DNA of 64,000 bases from Promethearchaeota archaeon (GTDB lineage: Archaea > Asgardarchaeota > Lokiarchaeia > Sigyniarchaeales > SOKP01): the NCBI GenBank assembly GCA_019058365.1, contig JAHPZE010000011.1:1-64000 (forward strand). The letters are read 5' to 3'. The position numbers were made by a program, and so were the translations under genes. Positions 20,284 through 29,861 of this stretch are shown here, piece by piece. Each line of letters opens with the position of its first letter. The stretch's first letter is position 1. The notes under the pieces were generated by a model. That model had not been told where the DNA came from, made no database searches, and worked only from the letters and a program-made list of their open reading frames with translations.

Positions 20284-20919
20284 ATGAATAAAATAAAGGA
20301 AGAAATTGTCTCAATGCTTATAGAACATTCCAGAATTATTTATTCTGTTCTTAGTGATATGGCTGTTTTTTACAATAGATGGGCTAAAGATTATGAGAAG
20401 AATAAAGCCTCACTTGAAAAGAAAAAGAGTAAAATGCAATTATATGAAGAAGACGCAGATGGTATAAAAATTCAGTTAATTCAAAATTTTTCTGAATCAG
20501 GAGCAGGCTTAGGAAATTTTGTTTCCCTCATTCTAAAGATGGATAATGTGATCAATTATCCCCTCGAGTTTGTAGATATGTTACCAAAAATTCAATTAGA
20601 TACAAAGAGTAATCAAGAGATAAATAATAGATATGAGAAATTAATTAATAAAACGATTGAAATGGCTGATGTTTTGAAATCAACAATTAAAAGCCTAAGA
20701 GACAATCCAGATGCAGTGTTTAAAAATACAACAACAATGCATGAGATTGAAAATGAAGTCGATAATATCTATAGGCAATTTCTTGAATATTTATACTCCA
20801 ATCAAGATTTAGATATAAGAATGCTTTTACGTTTAAGAGATAGTATAGTATTATTGGAGCAGTTATGTGATCGCATTCATGATATAGCAGATGAAATTAG
20901 AATTTTATTGTATCAATAA
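20284..20919 (+). CDS. DUF47/PhoU-like phosphate transport regulator family protein
   Basis: Two repeats of E-x-x-(A/V)-D (YEEDAD, HEIENEVD) and LEQLCDRIHDIAD. Confidence 0.82.
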   Translation: MNKIKEEIVSMLIEHSRIIYSVLSDMAVFYNRWAKDYEKNKASLEKKKSKMQLYEEDADGIKIQLIQNFSESGAGLGNFVSLILKMDNVINYPLEFVDMLPKIQLDTKSNQEINNRYEKLINKTIEMADVLKSTIKSLRDNPDAVFKNTTTMHEIENEVDNIYRQFLEYLYSNQDLDIRMLLRLRDSIVLLEQLCDRIHDIADEIRILLYQ

Positions 20920-20941
20920 TATTAAATTTCTTTTTTTTAAA

Positions 20942-22420
20942 TTATTGAATTGTTTCTCCACTAATTCTGTTTACTTTTAAATGGCGAAATCTTGTTTTTA
21001 TTCGAGCAATTTCTTCACTAACTAATATTTTGTTCACTACCGGTTCTGGAAATAAATACTTTGCGAGATGTATAATCATCTCTTTAGTTTCTATACAGTT
21101 AAATAATTTTAAGCTCTCGCAAGAGTAAAATAATTCGCTTATCAAATCATAATTTGTATCTATTGAAAAATCAAGAAGTTCTAAATTTCTATATATTCTC
21201 TGTATAACATTATTTAAAAAATCATAATCTTTTAACCTTTCAAGAGTATTTCTCATATAATTAATAAAAAGAACATAGTACGTAGCTTCTGATGTTATAA
21301 ATCCTTCTCGGTTTTGTTTTACACCTTCAGGAGTAATTCGTGTTTCAATTTCATCTATTAATGCTTTAATTTCATCTTCTATCCCACTTATTCCTAATTG
21401 TCTATATAGTTTTAATATTACTACTAACTCCGATGTCTCAAGGTTCTGTAGATAGCTAGTCTCAAAAAATTTTGGATAAATTTTCATTATGTTATTTATT
21501 TGTTCATGACTTAGCCAGAATTCCATTAATTCAGTTGACTTAAAAAAATAGTAAGCTCCATCTGTAGCTTCTATTATTGGAGACTCATATCTGTTTATTG
21601 CTTCATCGTATAAAAGCAATAAAAATTCTGTAATTTTTCTTTTGTCAAGCTTTACCTTTAAGGATTTTGCTAAATAAATTCCGCAAAAATAAACATCTGG
21701 ATTTGTTAGTGAAACTAATGGAACATCTATTAACCATTCATCTTTATTTTCTTCCAAATATGTTTTTATGTGAGAAAAATTAAATGTTTTTTGTAGATGA
21801 AAGAAATCAATGATTCTATAAATCAGATAAATTAATTGAAGTTTATAATAAGGTTCTTCTAAATCTTCTAAATATTCGATTTTTTGTTTATTTTTTCTTA
21901 ATTTATTGATTATATTTTCTTGAATATGAATATATTTTTTTAGATTTTCAATTTTCTCTGGAAATCTTTCAAAAAGTGTTTTTAGGTTTCTCAATTCTAT
22001 AATAAATTCAATCGGGAGAAATCCAAGATCCTTAAATTTTAACATTAGAGGTGCTAATTCAACATCAAAAAGGTAATTAATGATTTTTTCTAAAAAAATC
22101 TCATATACTAATGGAGCAATTTTATTTTCATAAAGATCTATTACTACTGAGATATTCTCTTTATCAACCCTTTTTAATTCTAAAATAGGATCCGAAAATT
22201 TATTATCAATTTCAGTTTGTTTAAACCCTAATTCTATTAAATGATTTATGAGAAATGAACATAACTTTTCTAAAATTACATTTTGATCTTTTCTTTCTAT
22301 TGTACTATTTCCAAATGAATTTATGATTTGAGTTTGGAAATAATTATCTATATTGCTATAAAACAATTCGATATTACTAAAATATAAATCTAAAATATTA
22401 AATAAGCCTTGAAGTATCAT
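20942..22420 (-). CDS. Hypothetical helical protein, possibly with prenyltransferase-like alpha-barrel repeats in the C-terminal half
   Basis: 492-aa ORF with recurring motifs (DVYFCGI, EATDGAYY, SEATYYVL, SELFYSC); the fold is a guess. Confidence 0.55.
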   Translation of the reverse strand: MILQGLFNILDLYFSNIELFYSNIDNYFQTQIINSFGNSTIERKDQNVILEKLCSFLINHLIELGFKQTEIDNKFSDPILELKRVDKENISVVIDLYENKIAPLVYEIFLEKIINYLFDVELAPLMLKFKDLGFLPIEFIIELRNLKTLFERFPEKIENLKKYIHIQENIINKLRKNKQKIEYLEDLEEPYYKLQLIYLIYRIIDFFHLQKTFNFSHIKTYLEENKDEWLIDVPLVSLTNPDVYFCGIYLAKSLKVKLDKRKITEFLLLLYDEAINRYESPIIEATDGAYYFFKSTELMEFWLSHEQINNIMKIYPKFFETSYLQNLETSELVVILKLYRQLGISGIEDEIKALIDEIETRITPEGVKQNREGFITSEATYYVLFINYMRNTLERLKDYDFLNNVIQRIYRNLELLDFSIDTNYDLISELFYSCESLKLFNCIETKEMIIHLAKYLFPEPVVNKILVSEEIARIKTRFRHLKVNRISGETIQ

Positions 22421-22733
22421 TCTGAAAAAAAACTTTAAACAAATTTTGTTTAATTATTTAATAAATATAATAATTAAAAAAATAATTAGTTTATCATTCT
22501 GAGTTAAAATTCAATATTTCTAAAAAATAAGAGAATCATTTAATATGAATCCATTATTTCATTGTCTCTCTAGGATCTCTTTTCAATATCTCTTAATCTA
22601 TTTTCTAGACCTTAATTATAATGCAGAAAAACTGATTAATCCCATAATTTATTAATTCAAATTTATATTAGTGATTTTACGAACGTAAAAAGTTGAAAGA
22701 GTTTAAATTTAAAGAGATACGTAAATTTCCTAA

Positions 22734-22750
22734 TTACTCATTATGAGTAA
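22734..22750. promoter_or_regulatory. Palindromic candidate operator upstream of the ATPase operon
   Basis: TTACTCAT-T-ATGAGTAA, a perfect 8-1-8 inverted repeat in a 670-bp divergent intergenic region. Confidence 0.45.
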
Positions 22751-23090
22751 GTAAATATTAATATCTTAAATTTTTCTATTAAAAGCATTAAATTTAGGAA
22801 AATACCTCCGTCATTATTACATTAGAATATTTATAATATCCATAATTCCTTATTAAAAACAATTATTCAATGTTTAAAATTAGCTAAAAAATTAAATATA
22901 TGCAAATTAATGCCTAATTATAATTGAGGGTAATTACTATTATTATGTTGTCTAATACAAATTGACTATCTTCCTAAATGATGCTTTTTAGTTATTTTTT
23001 CTATTTAAAATAGAAAAATTTATACACTTGATTTGATTTTAATACTTTAAAATTATATATTTATTAAAAATTTATTATGATGCGAATAAT

Positions 23091-23459
23091 ATGAATGGAA
23101 AGCAGAAATTTTATATATTACTTATCAGTTTTCAATTTGTTTTGATTTTTATTGTAATCTTTTCGGTTGATGGGATTATAACATTTGTTTCTGCTCAAAC
23201 AACAGCAAGTTCTTTTGATTATTATAATTCAACAACTGCGGCAGCATTAGCAATTGGAGCTGGAATCTCAGTTGGATTTGCGGTATTAGGGAGTGGTATG
23301 GCATTAAAAACAGTTGGTACTGCTGCAATTTCTTCCCTAACAGAGCGAGAGGAAACTTTTTTCAAAGCATTTTTAGTTGCTGCATTTTGTGAAGCGTTAG
23401 CGATATATGGATTGATAGTTGCTATACTTTTATGGACAAAGATTCCTAATCTTCCGTAA
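23091..23459 (+). CDS. atpK: A/V-type ATP synthase proteolipid subunit K/c with an N-terminal hydrophobic extension
   Basis: Gly/Ala-rich hairpin and conserved carboxylate in FCEALAIYGLIVAILL. Confidence 0.93.
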   Translation: MNGKQKFYILLISFQFVLIFIVIFSVDGIITFVSAQTTASSFDYYNSTTAAALAIGAGISVGFAVLGSGMALKTVGTAAISSLTEREETFFKAFLVAAFCEALAIYGLIVAILLWTKIPNLP

Positions 23460-23514
23460 AATTAGTTTATTTATATCAATTTTTTTATCTTTTTTGAAAT
23501 GTGGTGATTAATTT

Positions 23515-24573
23515 ACGAGTGCAATCGTTCCCTCCTATGCTTATACCTTTATCAAAGTTACGATTTTAAAGAAGCTAATTATTGATGACTTTTCTATGCA
23601 TAATATAGAAAAAATTCATGAGATTAATGCACTTTTGGAATCTATTAGCCCCTTCTACCCAGATTTAGATATTAAAGAAAAAACTATTGAAAATATTGAA
23701 ATGGCTCTCTATCACAATTATATCATGATGGTTGGTAAAATTATGCGCTACTCACCATCAAATATGAATTTATTTCTAAAAAATTATCTCTTAAAATTTG
23801 AAATAATAAATATTAAGCGAATTATTATTGGTTCAATTTTAGGATTAAAAACTAAAAAGAAGAAAAAAATGGTTAATTTTTTAGTAGAAGAATATTTAGA
23901 TAACACAGAATTTATTGAAGATCTACTTAAAATCACATCTTTAGATGAAATTCAATTATTTATGAAAAAAACAAGATATAATATACCCATAAGTGAAGGA
24001 ATTTCATATTTTAAAAATTATAGAGAAATATTTGTTTTAGAAGCTTTTCTGGATAAATTCTACTATGAAAATATGATAGTTCAATTAAATAATTTGAGAA
24101 CTGAAGAAAAAAAAATTATTGAGCCATTTGTAAAATATAAAACAGAAATTTATAATATAAATGTTATATATAGAGGTTTAAAGAATGGTATTGAAAAAGA
24201 ATTAATATCTCAATTTATAATAGACTTTTATTTATTTTTAGATATGAGTAAGATTAATTATTTATTAAATATTGAGGATTCCAACGTTTTAATCTCTTTA
24301 ATTGAAGATTACATTAAAAATATTAATGAATTGAAAAGATTATATAAAGAGAATGTAATTAATAAGGAGCATTTAATTGATTCAATTGAAGAAATATATC
24401 TTAGGTATTACTTTGTAAAAATTAAATTTAGTCTTGGTGAAATTGATTTAATTACGATTTTCAGGATTTTAGAACTAATTATCAAAAAAGAAAAAGAAAT
24501 TCGATTTACCATTATTCCAAAAGTTGTAGAAATAATTAATGAAGAATTTGAAAAATTGCAATCAGTAGATTAA
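23515..24573 (+). CDS. atpC: A/V-type ATP synthase subunit C; probable non-canonical start upstream of the ATG at 23596
   Basis: KFEIINIKRII, LEAFLDKFYY, EIYNINVIYRG. The frame is open from 23512 and encodes YAYTFIK after a GGTGA SD; the start position is uncertain. Confidence 0.8.
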   Translation, partial: TSAIVPSYAYTFIKVTILKKLIIDDFSMHNIEKIHEINALLESISPFYPDLDIKEKTIENIEMALYHNYIMMVGKIMRYSPSNMNLFLKNYLLKFEIINIKRIIIGSILGLKTKKKKKMVNFLVEEYLDNTEFIEDLLKITSLDEIQLFMKKTRYNIPISEGISYFKNYREIFVLEAFLDKFYYENMIVQLNNLRTEEKKIIEPFVKYKTEIYNINVIYRGLKNGIEKELISQFIIDFYLFLDMSKINYLLNIEDSNVLISLIEDYIKNINELKRLYKENVINKEHLIDSIEEIYLRYYFVKIKFSLGEIDLITIFRILELIIKKEKEIRFTIIPKVVEIINEEFEKLQSVD

Positions 24574-24600
24574 TAATAAGAAGATTTAAAGGTTATAGTA

Positions 24601-24912
24601 ATGGAAATTTTCGAATGGGTTAAGGATGTTGAGAAAATTTATGAAGACTTGATTGAAAAAGCTAAAAATGAAAACTTAGATGAATTGGAAAATCTGAGAA
24701 CTGAACAGGAAAGTATTATGGAAAAAAAAATTGTAACTTTTCGAGAATTAGTTGGTTCAGCTTTAGAGTCTTTATCAAAAAGTTTAGAAAATGAAAATCT
24801 CTTTATAAAAAAGAAATTAAAAGATTTTAAGAAAAAAATGGAAAACAGTTATAATGATAATAAAGAAAACTTAATTAAATTAATTATAAAAGATATTGGT
24901 TTTGACTTTTAA
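24601..24912 (+). CDS. A/V-type ATP synthase peripheral stalk subunit H/G
   Basis: 103-aa charged helix with ...VKDVEK..EDLIEKAK.E pattern and operon position. Confidence 0.65.
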   Translation: MEIFEWVKDVEKIYEDLIEKAKNENLDELENLRTEQESIMEKKIVTFRELVGSALESLSKSLENENLFIKKKLKDFKKKMENSYNDNKENLIKLIIKDIGFDF

Positions 24913-25232
24913 TGCCAAATCAGAAAATTCATGTATTAGGTAAAGAAGAATTCGTTTTAATATTCAATCTTTTAGGAATAGATGGTACTATAATTGAAAA
25001 TAGTGAAGATTTTCTAAAGACATTTGATATTTTGATTAATGAACCCTCAATTGGAATGATAATTATATTTATGGAATTACCAAGTGATATTATTGATTTT
25101 ATTCTAGAATTCAAGATAAGTAATAGGAGTCCATTTATTTTTTTTGTGCCTAATATATTTCAACCAGATATAGAGAATCGAGATATCTTTTTTAATAAAA
25201 TTTTTGAATCTATTGAAAAAATTATAACTTAA
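24912..25232 (+). CDS. atpF: A/V-type ATP synthase subunit F
   Basis: KIHVLG.EEFVLIFNLLGIDG, IGMIII, P.IFFVP; 106 aa. Confidence 0.85.
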   Translation: MPNQKIHVLGKEEFVLIFNLLGIDGTIIENSEDFLKTFDILINEPSIGMIIIFMELPSDIIDFILEFKISNRSPFIFFVPNIFQPDIENRDIFFNKIFESIEKIIT

Positions 25233-25244
25233 GAGATGTAGAAA

Positions 25245-25973
25245 ATATCAGAAATTAACGTATTAAGAGAAAGATTTGGAAAATTAGGTTTATATCTAAT
25301 TGAAAAGGCTAAAAATGAAATTAAAACGATCGATCAACAGACCCTATTTCAAATAGCTGAGAGTAAAAAGAAGTATAGAGAACGAATAGCAGATAGTTCT
25401 TTAAAAATTAAAAATAATTTTATTGATACTTATAATAAACAAATTAATAATTCATTATCTTCGACTCTTTTAAAAATTAAGCAAGAAACATTAAATGTTA
25501 AAAATGAATTAATTTCAAACCTAATTAAAGATTTAAATTTACTATTAGAAAAAAAAATTACAGAGAATTATTCAAATTATATTAAATTTCTTTTAGAAAC
25601 ATTAAAAAAAATTAAATCCTTAATAGATAAGCCTCCAGAAATTGTTATAAACTTAAATTCTAAAGATTATGAATACTTTCTTGACAATTTTGAAAGAATA
25701 CAAAGCATTTTCAAAAATAGAGTGATATTAAATCCAACACAAAACGAGTTTATTGGGGGATTTAGAATTTTACAGGCTGAACTGAATATTTCTTATGATT
25801 TTTCAATCATAAATTTAATAAATAAAAAAAGATCTGGAATTGAAATTGAATTCTCAAAAATCTTTTCAGATGCTTATTTAGAGATTAATGAAATAATTCA
25901 AAATTATGAAAAATTCATTCAAAATCAAAAATTGGTTATAAAAGATTATTTAAAAAATTATGACAAAATCTAA
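25245..25973 (+). CDS. atpE: A/V-type ATP synthase subunit E; probable ATA (or ATT 25254) start, ORF track captures only 25722..25973
   Basis: Frame is stop-free from 25242 to 25973; long N-terminal helix, then IVI.LNSKD and FIGGFRI...ISYDFS typical of subunit E. Confidence 0.82.
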   Translation: MSEINVLRERFGKLGLYLIEKAKNEIKTIDQQTLFQIAESKKKYRERIADSSLKIKNNFIDTYNKQINNSLSSTLLKIKQETLNVKNELISNLIKDLNLLLEKKITENYSNYIKFLLETLKKIKSLIDKPPEIVINLNSKDYEYFLDNFERIQSIFKNRVILNPTQNEFIGGFRILQAELNISYDFSIINLINKKRSGIEIEFSKIFSDAYLEINEIIQNYEKFIQNQKLVIKDYLKNYDKI

Positions 25974-27810
25974 TAAAACGGTTTATGAGAAATTTAATTT
26001 TGGGTACATATCCTCAATAAATGGAACATTAATAGAAATAAAAGGATTTGAAAGCCAAGTTCGCATTCATGACTTAATAAGAGTATCGGAACAAAATATT
26101 TTAGGGGAAGTGATTCAAATTTATCAGGATCATGCAACTGCTCAATGTTTCGAGAGTACTTATAACTTGAAACTAGGTGAAAAAGTAATCAACTTAAGAG
26201 AACCATTATCAATGGAATTAGGTCCCGGATTGTTAGGTAATGTTTTCGATGGTATTCAAAGACCAGTTGATATAACCTTTAATAATACTCATAAAGGTTT
26301 TTTAGAGAGAGGAAATGACTTACCATCATTATCAAGGATTAAAAAATGGCATTTTAAACCAAAAAAAGAAATTAATGACATTGTAAGTAGTGGTGATATA
26401 ATTGGTACTGTACAGGAAACTCTATTAATTGAACATAAAATAATGATTCCTATTGGAATCCGTGGAAAGTTGAGCTTTATTGCTAAAGAAGGAGATTATA
26501 CGATTAAGGATGAAATCTTTCATGTGAAGACCGGAAAAGGTGAAGAATCTTTTACTATGTTGCAAAAATGGCCAATCACTAAAAGTAGACCTTATAAAAA
26601 ACGCGAGACTCCTATTGAGCCATTAATTACAGGCATGCGTGTAATAGATTTATTATTCCCAATCGTAAAGGGAGGTACTGTTGCGGTACCAGGAGGGTTT
26701 GGAACTGGTAAAACTGTTATTCAACAATCATTAGCTAAATGGTGTAATGCTGATGTAATTATTTTTGTCGGATGTGGAGAACGTGGAAATGAAATTGCAG
26801 ATGTTTTAAAACAATTTACTGAAATAATTGATCCAAAAAGTGGAAATCCCTTGTTAAATCGAATTGTTCTAATTGCTAATACGTCAAATATGCCAGTTTC
26901 AGCTCGTGAAGCAAGTATCTTTTCAGGAGTTACAATTGGGGAATATTATCGAGATATGGGGTATGATGTTGCAGTTCTCGCAGATAGTACTTCAAGATGG
27001 GCAGAATCACTACGGGAAATTTCCGGGTTATTAGAAGAAATGCCAGCTGAAGAAGGATATCCTGCATATTTACCATCAAGAATTTCTAGCTTCTATGAGA
27101 GAGCAGGTGTTGTAAATCTTTTAGGGGAAGAGACAATGAACAAAGAAAGATATGGATCTTTAACAATAATCGGTTCTGTATCCCCTCCTTCTGGAGATTT
27201 TAGTGAACCTGTAACAGCAACCACCAAACGTTTCGTACAAGCTTTTTGGGCATTAGATGCTAGTTTAGCTTACTCTAAGCATTATCCAGCAATAAACTGG
27301 CTTAATTCTTATTCAAATTATCCTGATTATATTGCTGACTGGTGGTCTGACAGGGACATATTTTGGCCTGAGATAAATCTTGATTGGTATGAATGTCGAA
27401 ATCACGTAAATAATTTACTTTCACAAGAAAATGAGTTAAGAAATATAATGCAACTAGTTGGTGAGGAAAATTTACCTGAAGACCAGCAATTAATTCTTTT
27501 TATTGCAAAATTAATAAAAGAAAGTTATTTAATTCAAAATGCCTTTGACGATATTGATAATTTCACTGATACTAAGAAATTAATTGGTCAAATTAAACTA
27601 ATTCTTTTATTATATAAAGAAGGGAAGGAATTATTGAACTCAGGTTATTTAATTGAAGATATTAAAGATCTTAATGTAATCAATGAAATCTTAAGAATTA
27701 GTTATTCAATTTCTAATGATCAATTTTCAAGAATAGAAAATTTAAAGAAAAGGTTAAATAATGAGATAGAATCATTAAAATTATCATATGGAGTTTCTAA
27801 AGAGAAATGA
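25960..27810 (+). CDS. atpA: A/V-type ATP synthase catalytic subunit A
   Basis: P-loop [48 protein letters not shown]. Confidence 0.97.
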   Translation: MTKSNKTVYEKFNFGYISSINGTLIEIKGFESQVRIHDLIRVSEQNILGEVIQIYQDHATAQCFESTYNLKLGEKVINLREPLSMELGPGLLGNVFDGIQRPVDITFNNTHKGFLERGNDLPSLSRIKKWHFKPKKEINDIVSSGDIIGTVQETLLIEHKIMIPIGIRGKLSFIAKEGDYTIKDEIFHVKTGKGEESFTMLQKWPITKSRPYKKRETPIEPLITGMRVIDLLFPIVKGGTVAVPGGFGTGKTVIQQSLAKWCNADVIIFVGCGERGNEIADVLKQFTEIIDPKSGNPLLNRIVLIANTSNMPVSAREASIFSGVTIGEYYRDMGYDVAVLADSTSRWAESLREISGLLEEMPAEEGYPAYLPSRISSFYERAGVVNLLGEETMNKERYGSLTIIGSVSPPSGDFSEPVTATTKRFVQAFWALDASLAYSKHYPAINWLNSYSNYPDYIADWWSDRDIFWPEINLDWYECRNHVNNLLSQENELRNIMQLVGEENLPEDQQLILFIAKLIKESYLIQNAFDDIDNFTDTKKLIGQIKLILLLYKEGKELLNSGYLIEDIKDLNVINEILRISYSISNDQFSRIENLKKRLNNEIESLKLSYGVSKEK

Positions 27811-29198
27811 GTGTACTCTATGGTAAAATTAAGCAAATTGTTGGCCCATTATTGTTCTTAAATAATGAACATAACGTACAATATGGAGAGATCGTTAAAA
27901 TTTATACTGATACTACAATTGAACGTACTGGTCAAGTTGTAAAAATTGATGAAGACACAATTGTTATTGAAGTATTTGAAGATACAGCGGGTTTGTCTTC
28001 AGAGAATTCTAAAATTCTTTTTACAGAGGATTCTTTTAAAGTTAAAATCTCAAATGACATGCTTGGTAGAACATTCAATTCCATTGGGAAACCTATTGAT
28101 ATTAATACTAAGAATGTTTTGGACTCTGAAATTATAACAGAAATAGAACGCGACATTAATGGTGCACCTATTAATCCATATGCAAGAGAATACCCCTCCG
28201 AAGTAATACAGACAGGCATATCCGTTATTGATGGACTCTTTACACTAATAAGAGGACAGAAACTCCCTATATTTAGTGGACAAGGTATGCCACATAATGC
28301 ATTAGCTGCTCAAATTGTAACACAGGCTAAAGTGTTAACAGAAGAACCATTTTTAATAATTTTTTGTGGTATAGGAATTGTCCAAGATGAAGCAATTTAT
28401 TTTTTAAATAGATTTCGAGAAAGTGGAAATATACAAAACATCATTTCCTTTATAAATTTTGCAGATGATCCTATAATGGAGCGTTTAATAATTACAAGAG
28501 TTGCCTTGACTACTGCAGAATATTTTGCTTTTAATAAGGATATGCATGTTCTTGTCATTTTAATAGATATGACTAACTATGCTGAAGCATTAAGAGAACT
28601 TAGTTCAGCAAAAGAAGAGATTCCCAGTAGAAAAGGTTATCCGGGATATCTCTATACTGATTTTGCTTCAATTTATGAACGAACTGGTAAAATTAAAGGC
28701 AAAAAAGGGACAATAACCCAAATACCTATTCTAACAATGCCAAATGACGATATATCTCATCCAATTCCAGATACAACAGGATATATAACTGAGGGGCAAT
28801 TAGTCCTTAGTAGAAATTTGCATAAAAGGGGGATATTTCCACCCTTTGAAGTTTTAGCTTCTATATCACGACTTATGAAGGATTCGATTGGTGAAAATAC
28901 AACAAGGGAAGATCACAAGGATATAAGTTCTCAATTATTAGCTTCTTATTCTAGTGCTCTTGAAGTTAGAGATCTTATTTCAATAGTTGGTGAAGATGGA
29001 TTAAACCTTAATCAGAAAGCTATATTAAAATTTGGAGAAATCTTCGAAAACGAGTTTTTAAATCAGGGATTAGATGAAAATCGAGACTTTACAACAACCT
29101 TTGATATAGCATGGAGAGCTTTATCTGCTTTACCAAAAACTCAATTATATAGAATTCATCAAGAACTTATAAATAAATATTATAAAGAACAGGTGTAA
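27807..29198 (+). CDS. atpB: A/V-type ATP synthase subunit B
   Basis: [43 protein letters not shown]. Confidence 0.97.
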   Translation: MSVLYGKIKQIVGPLLFLNNEHNVQYGEIVKIYTDTTIERTGQVVKIDEDTIVIEVFEDTAGLSSENSKILFTEDSFKVKISNDMLGRTFNSIGKPIDINTKNVLDSEIITEIERDINGAPINPYAREYPSEVIQTGISVIDGLFTLIRGQKLPIFSGQGMPHNALAAQIVTQAKVLTEEPFLIIFCGIGIVQDEAIYFLNRFRESGNIQNIISFINFADDPIMERLIITRVALTTAEYFAFNKDMHVLVILIDMTNYAEALRELSSAKEEIPSRKGYPGYLYTDFASIYERTGKIKGKKGTITQIPILTMPNDDISHPIPDTTGYITEGQLVLSRNLHKRGIFPPFEVLASISRLMKDSIGENTTREDHKDISSQLLASYSSALEVRDLISIVGEDGLNLNQKAILKFGEIFENEFLNQGLDENRDFTTTFDIAWRALSALPKTQLYRIHQELINKYYKEQV

Positions 29199-29205
29199 CA
29201 ATACC

Positions 29206-29856
29206 ATTAGTTTTAGAGAATTTAAGCCCACAAAGACAAACCTAATGAATTTACAGAAAAGATTAAACTTTGCTGTAAAAGGTAAGAGTTTTTTAGAATT
29301 TAAACAAGAACAATTGATATTTGAAATTAAAAATTTATGGAGTGACTATAAAAAACAACGTAAAAAATTCCTAAATCTATTAAAAGAAGTTATGATTAAC
29401 TTGCACCAGACTTATAAGGAAATGGGAAAAAATAATGTTAAAATGATTGGTAGTTTGAGCAAGATCCAGTTTAAACCAACGATTGATGTTACCTACATTA
29501 AGAAGATTGGGAATTTAGTTCCAGATATAGACTTCGAACTGATAAAAGAAGAGACACTACCCGCTTATTCTTTTGAATATACCAGTCATTACCTTGACGA
29601 TTTGATAATAAAATTAACCGATCTTTTTAAAATAATTATTAATTTAGCACAAATTGAAGATATTATGTTAAAACATTCGCTTAGTTTTAAAAAAATAACA
29701 CGAAGAATCCATGGATTAAACAACATTATTATCCCCGCTCTTAGTCAAGAAATTAAAAAAATAAAAGATATATTAGAAGAAGTTCAGCGAGAGAATTTTG
29801 TAAGATTAAAAAATACAAAAGATTTAATTTATAAAAAAAAGTTTATTGAAACGTGA
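29206..29856 (+). CDS. atpD: A/V-type ATP synthase subunit D; probable ATT start upstream of the ATG at 29245
   Basis: Upstream in-frame KPTKTNL (conserved PT motif), G..FLEFKQEQL, RRIHGLNNIIIP, LEE..RENFVRLK. Confidence 0.9.
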   Translation: MSFREFKPTKTNLMNLQKRLNFAVKGKSFLEFKQEQLIFEIKNLWSDYKKQRKKFLNLLKEVMINLHQTYKEMGKNNVKMIGSLSKIQFKPTIDVTYIKKIGNLVPDIDFELIKEETLPAYSFEYTSHYLDDLIIKLTDLFKIIINLAQIEDIMLKHSLSFKKITRRIHGLNNIIIPALSQEIKKIKDILEEVQRENFVRLKNTKDLIYKKKFIET

Positions 29857-29861
29857 TTTAG

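Noticed and set aside
25236-25241. ATG-TAG at the start of the atpE frame as pyrrolysine or amber read-through
   Set aside because: No pyl genes in the window, TAG serves as a normal stop elsewhere, and GAGATG fits better as an SD-like element for ATA 25245.
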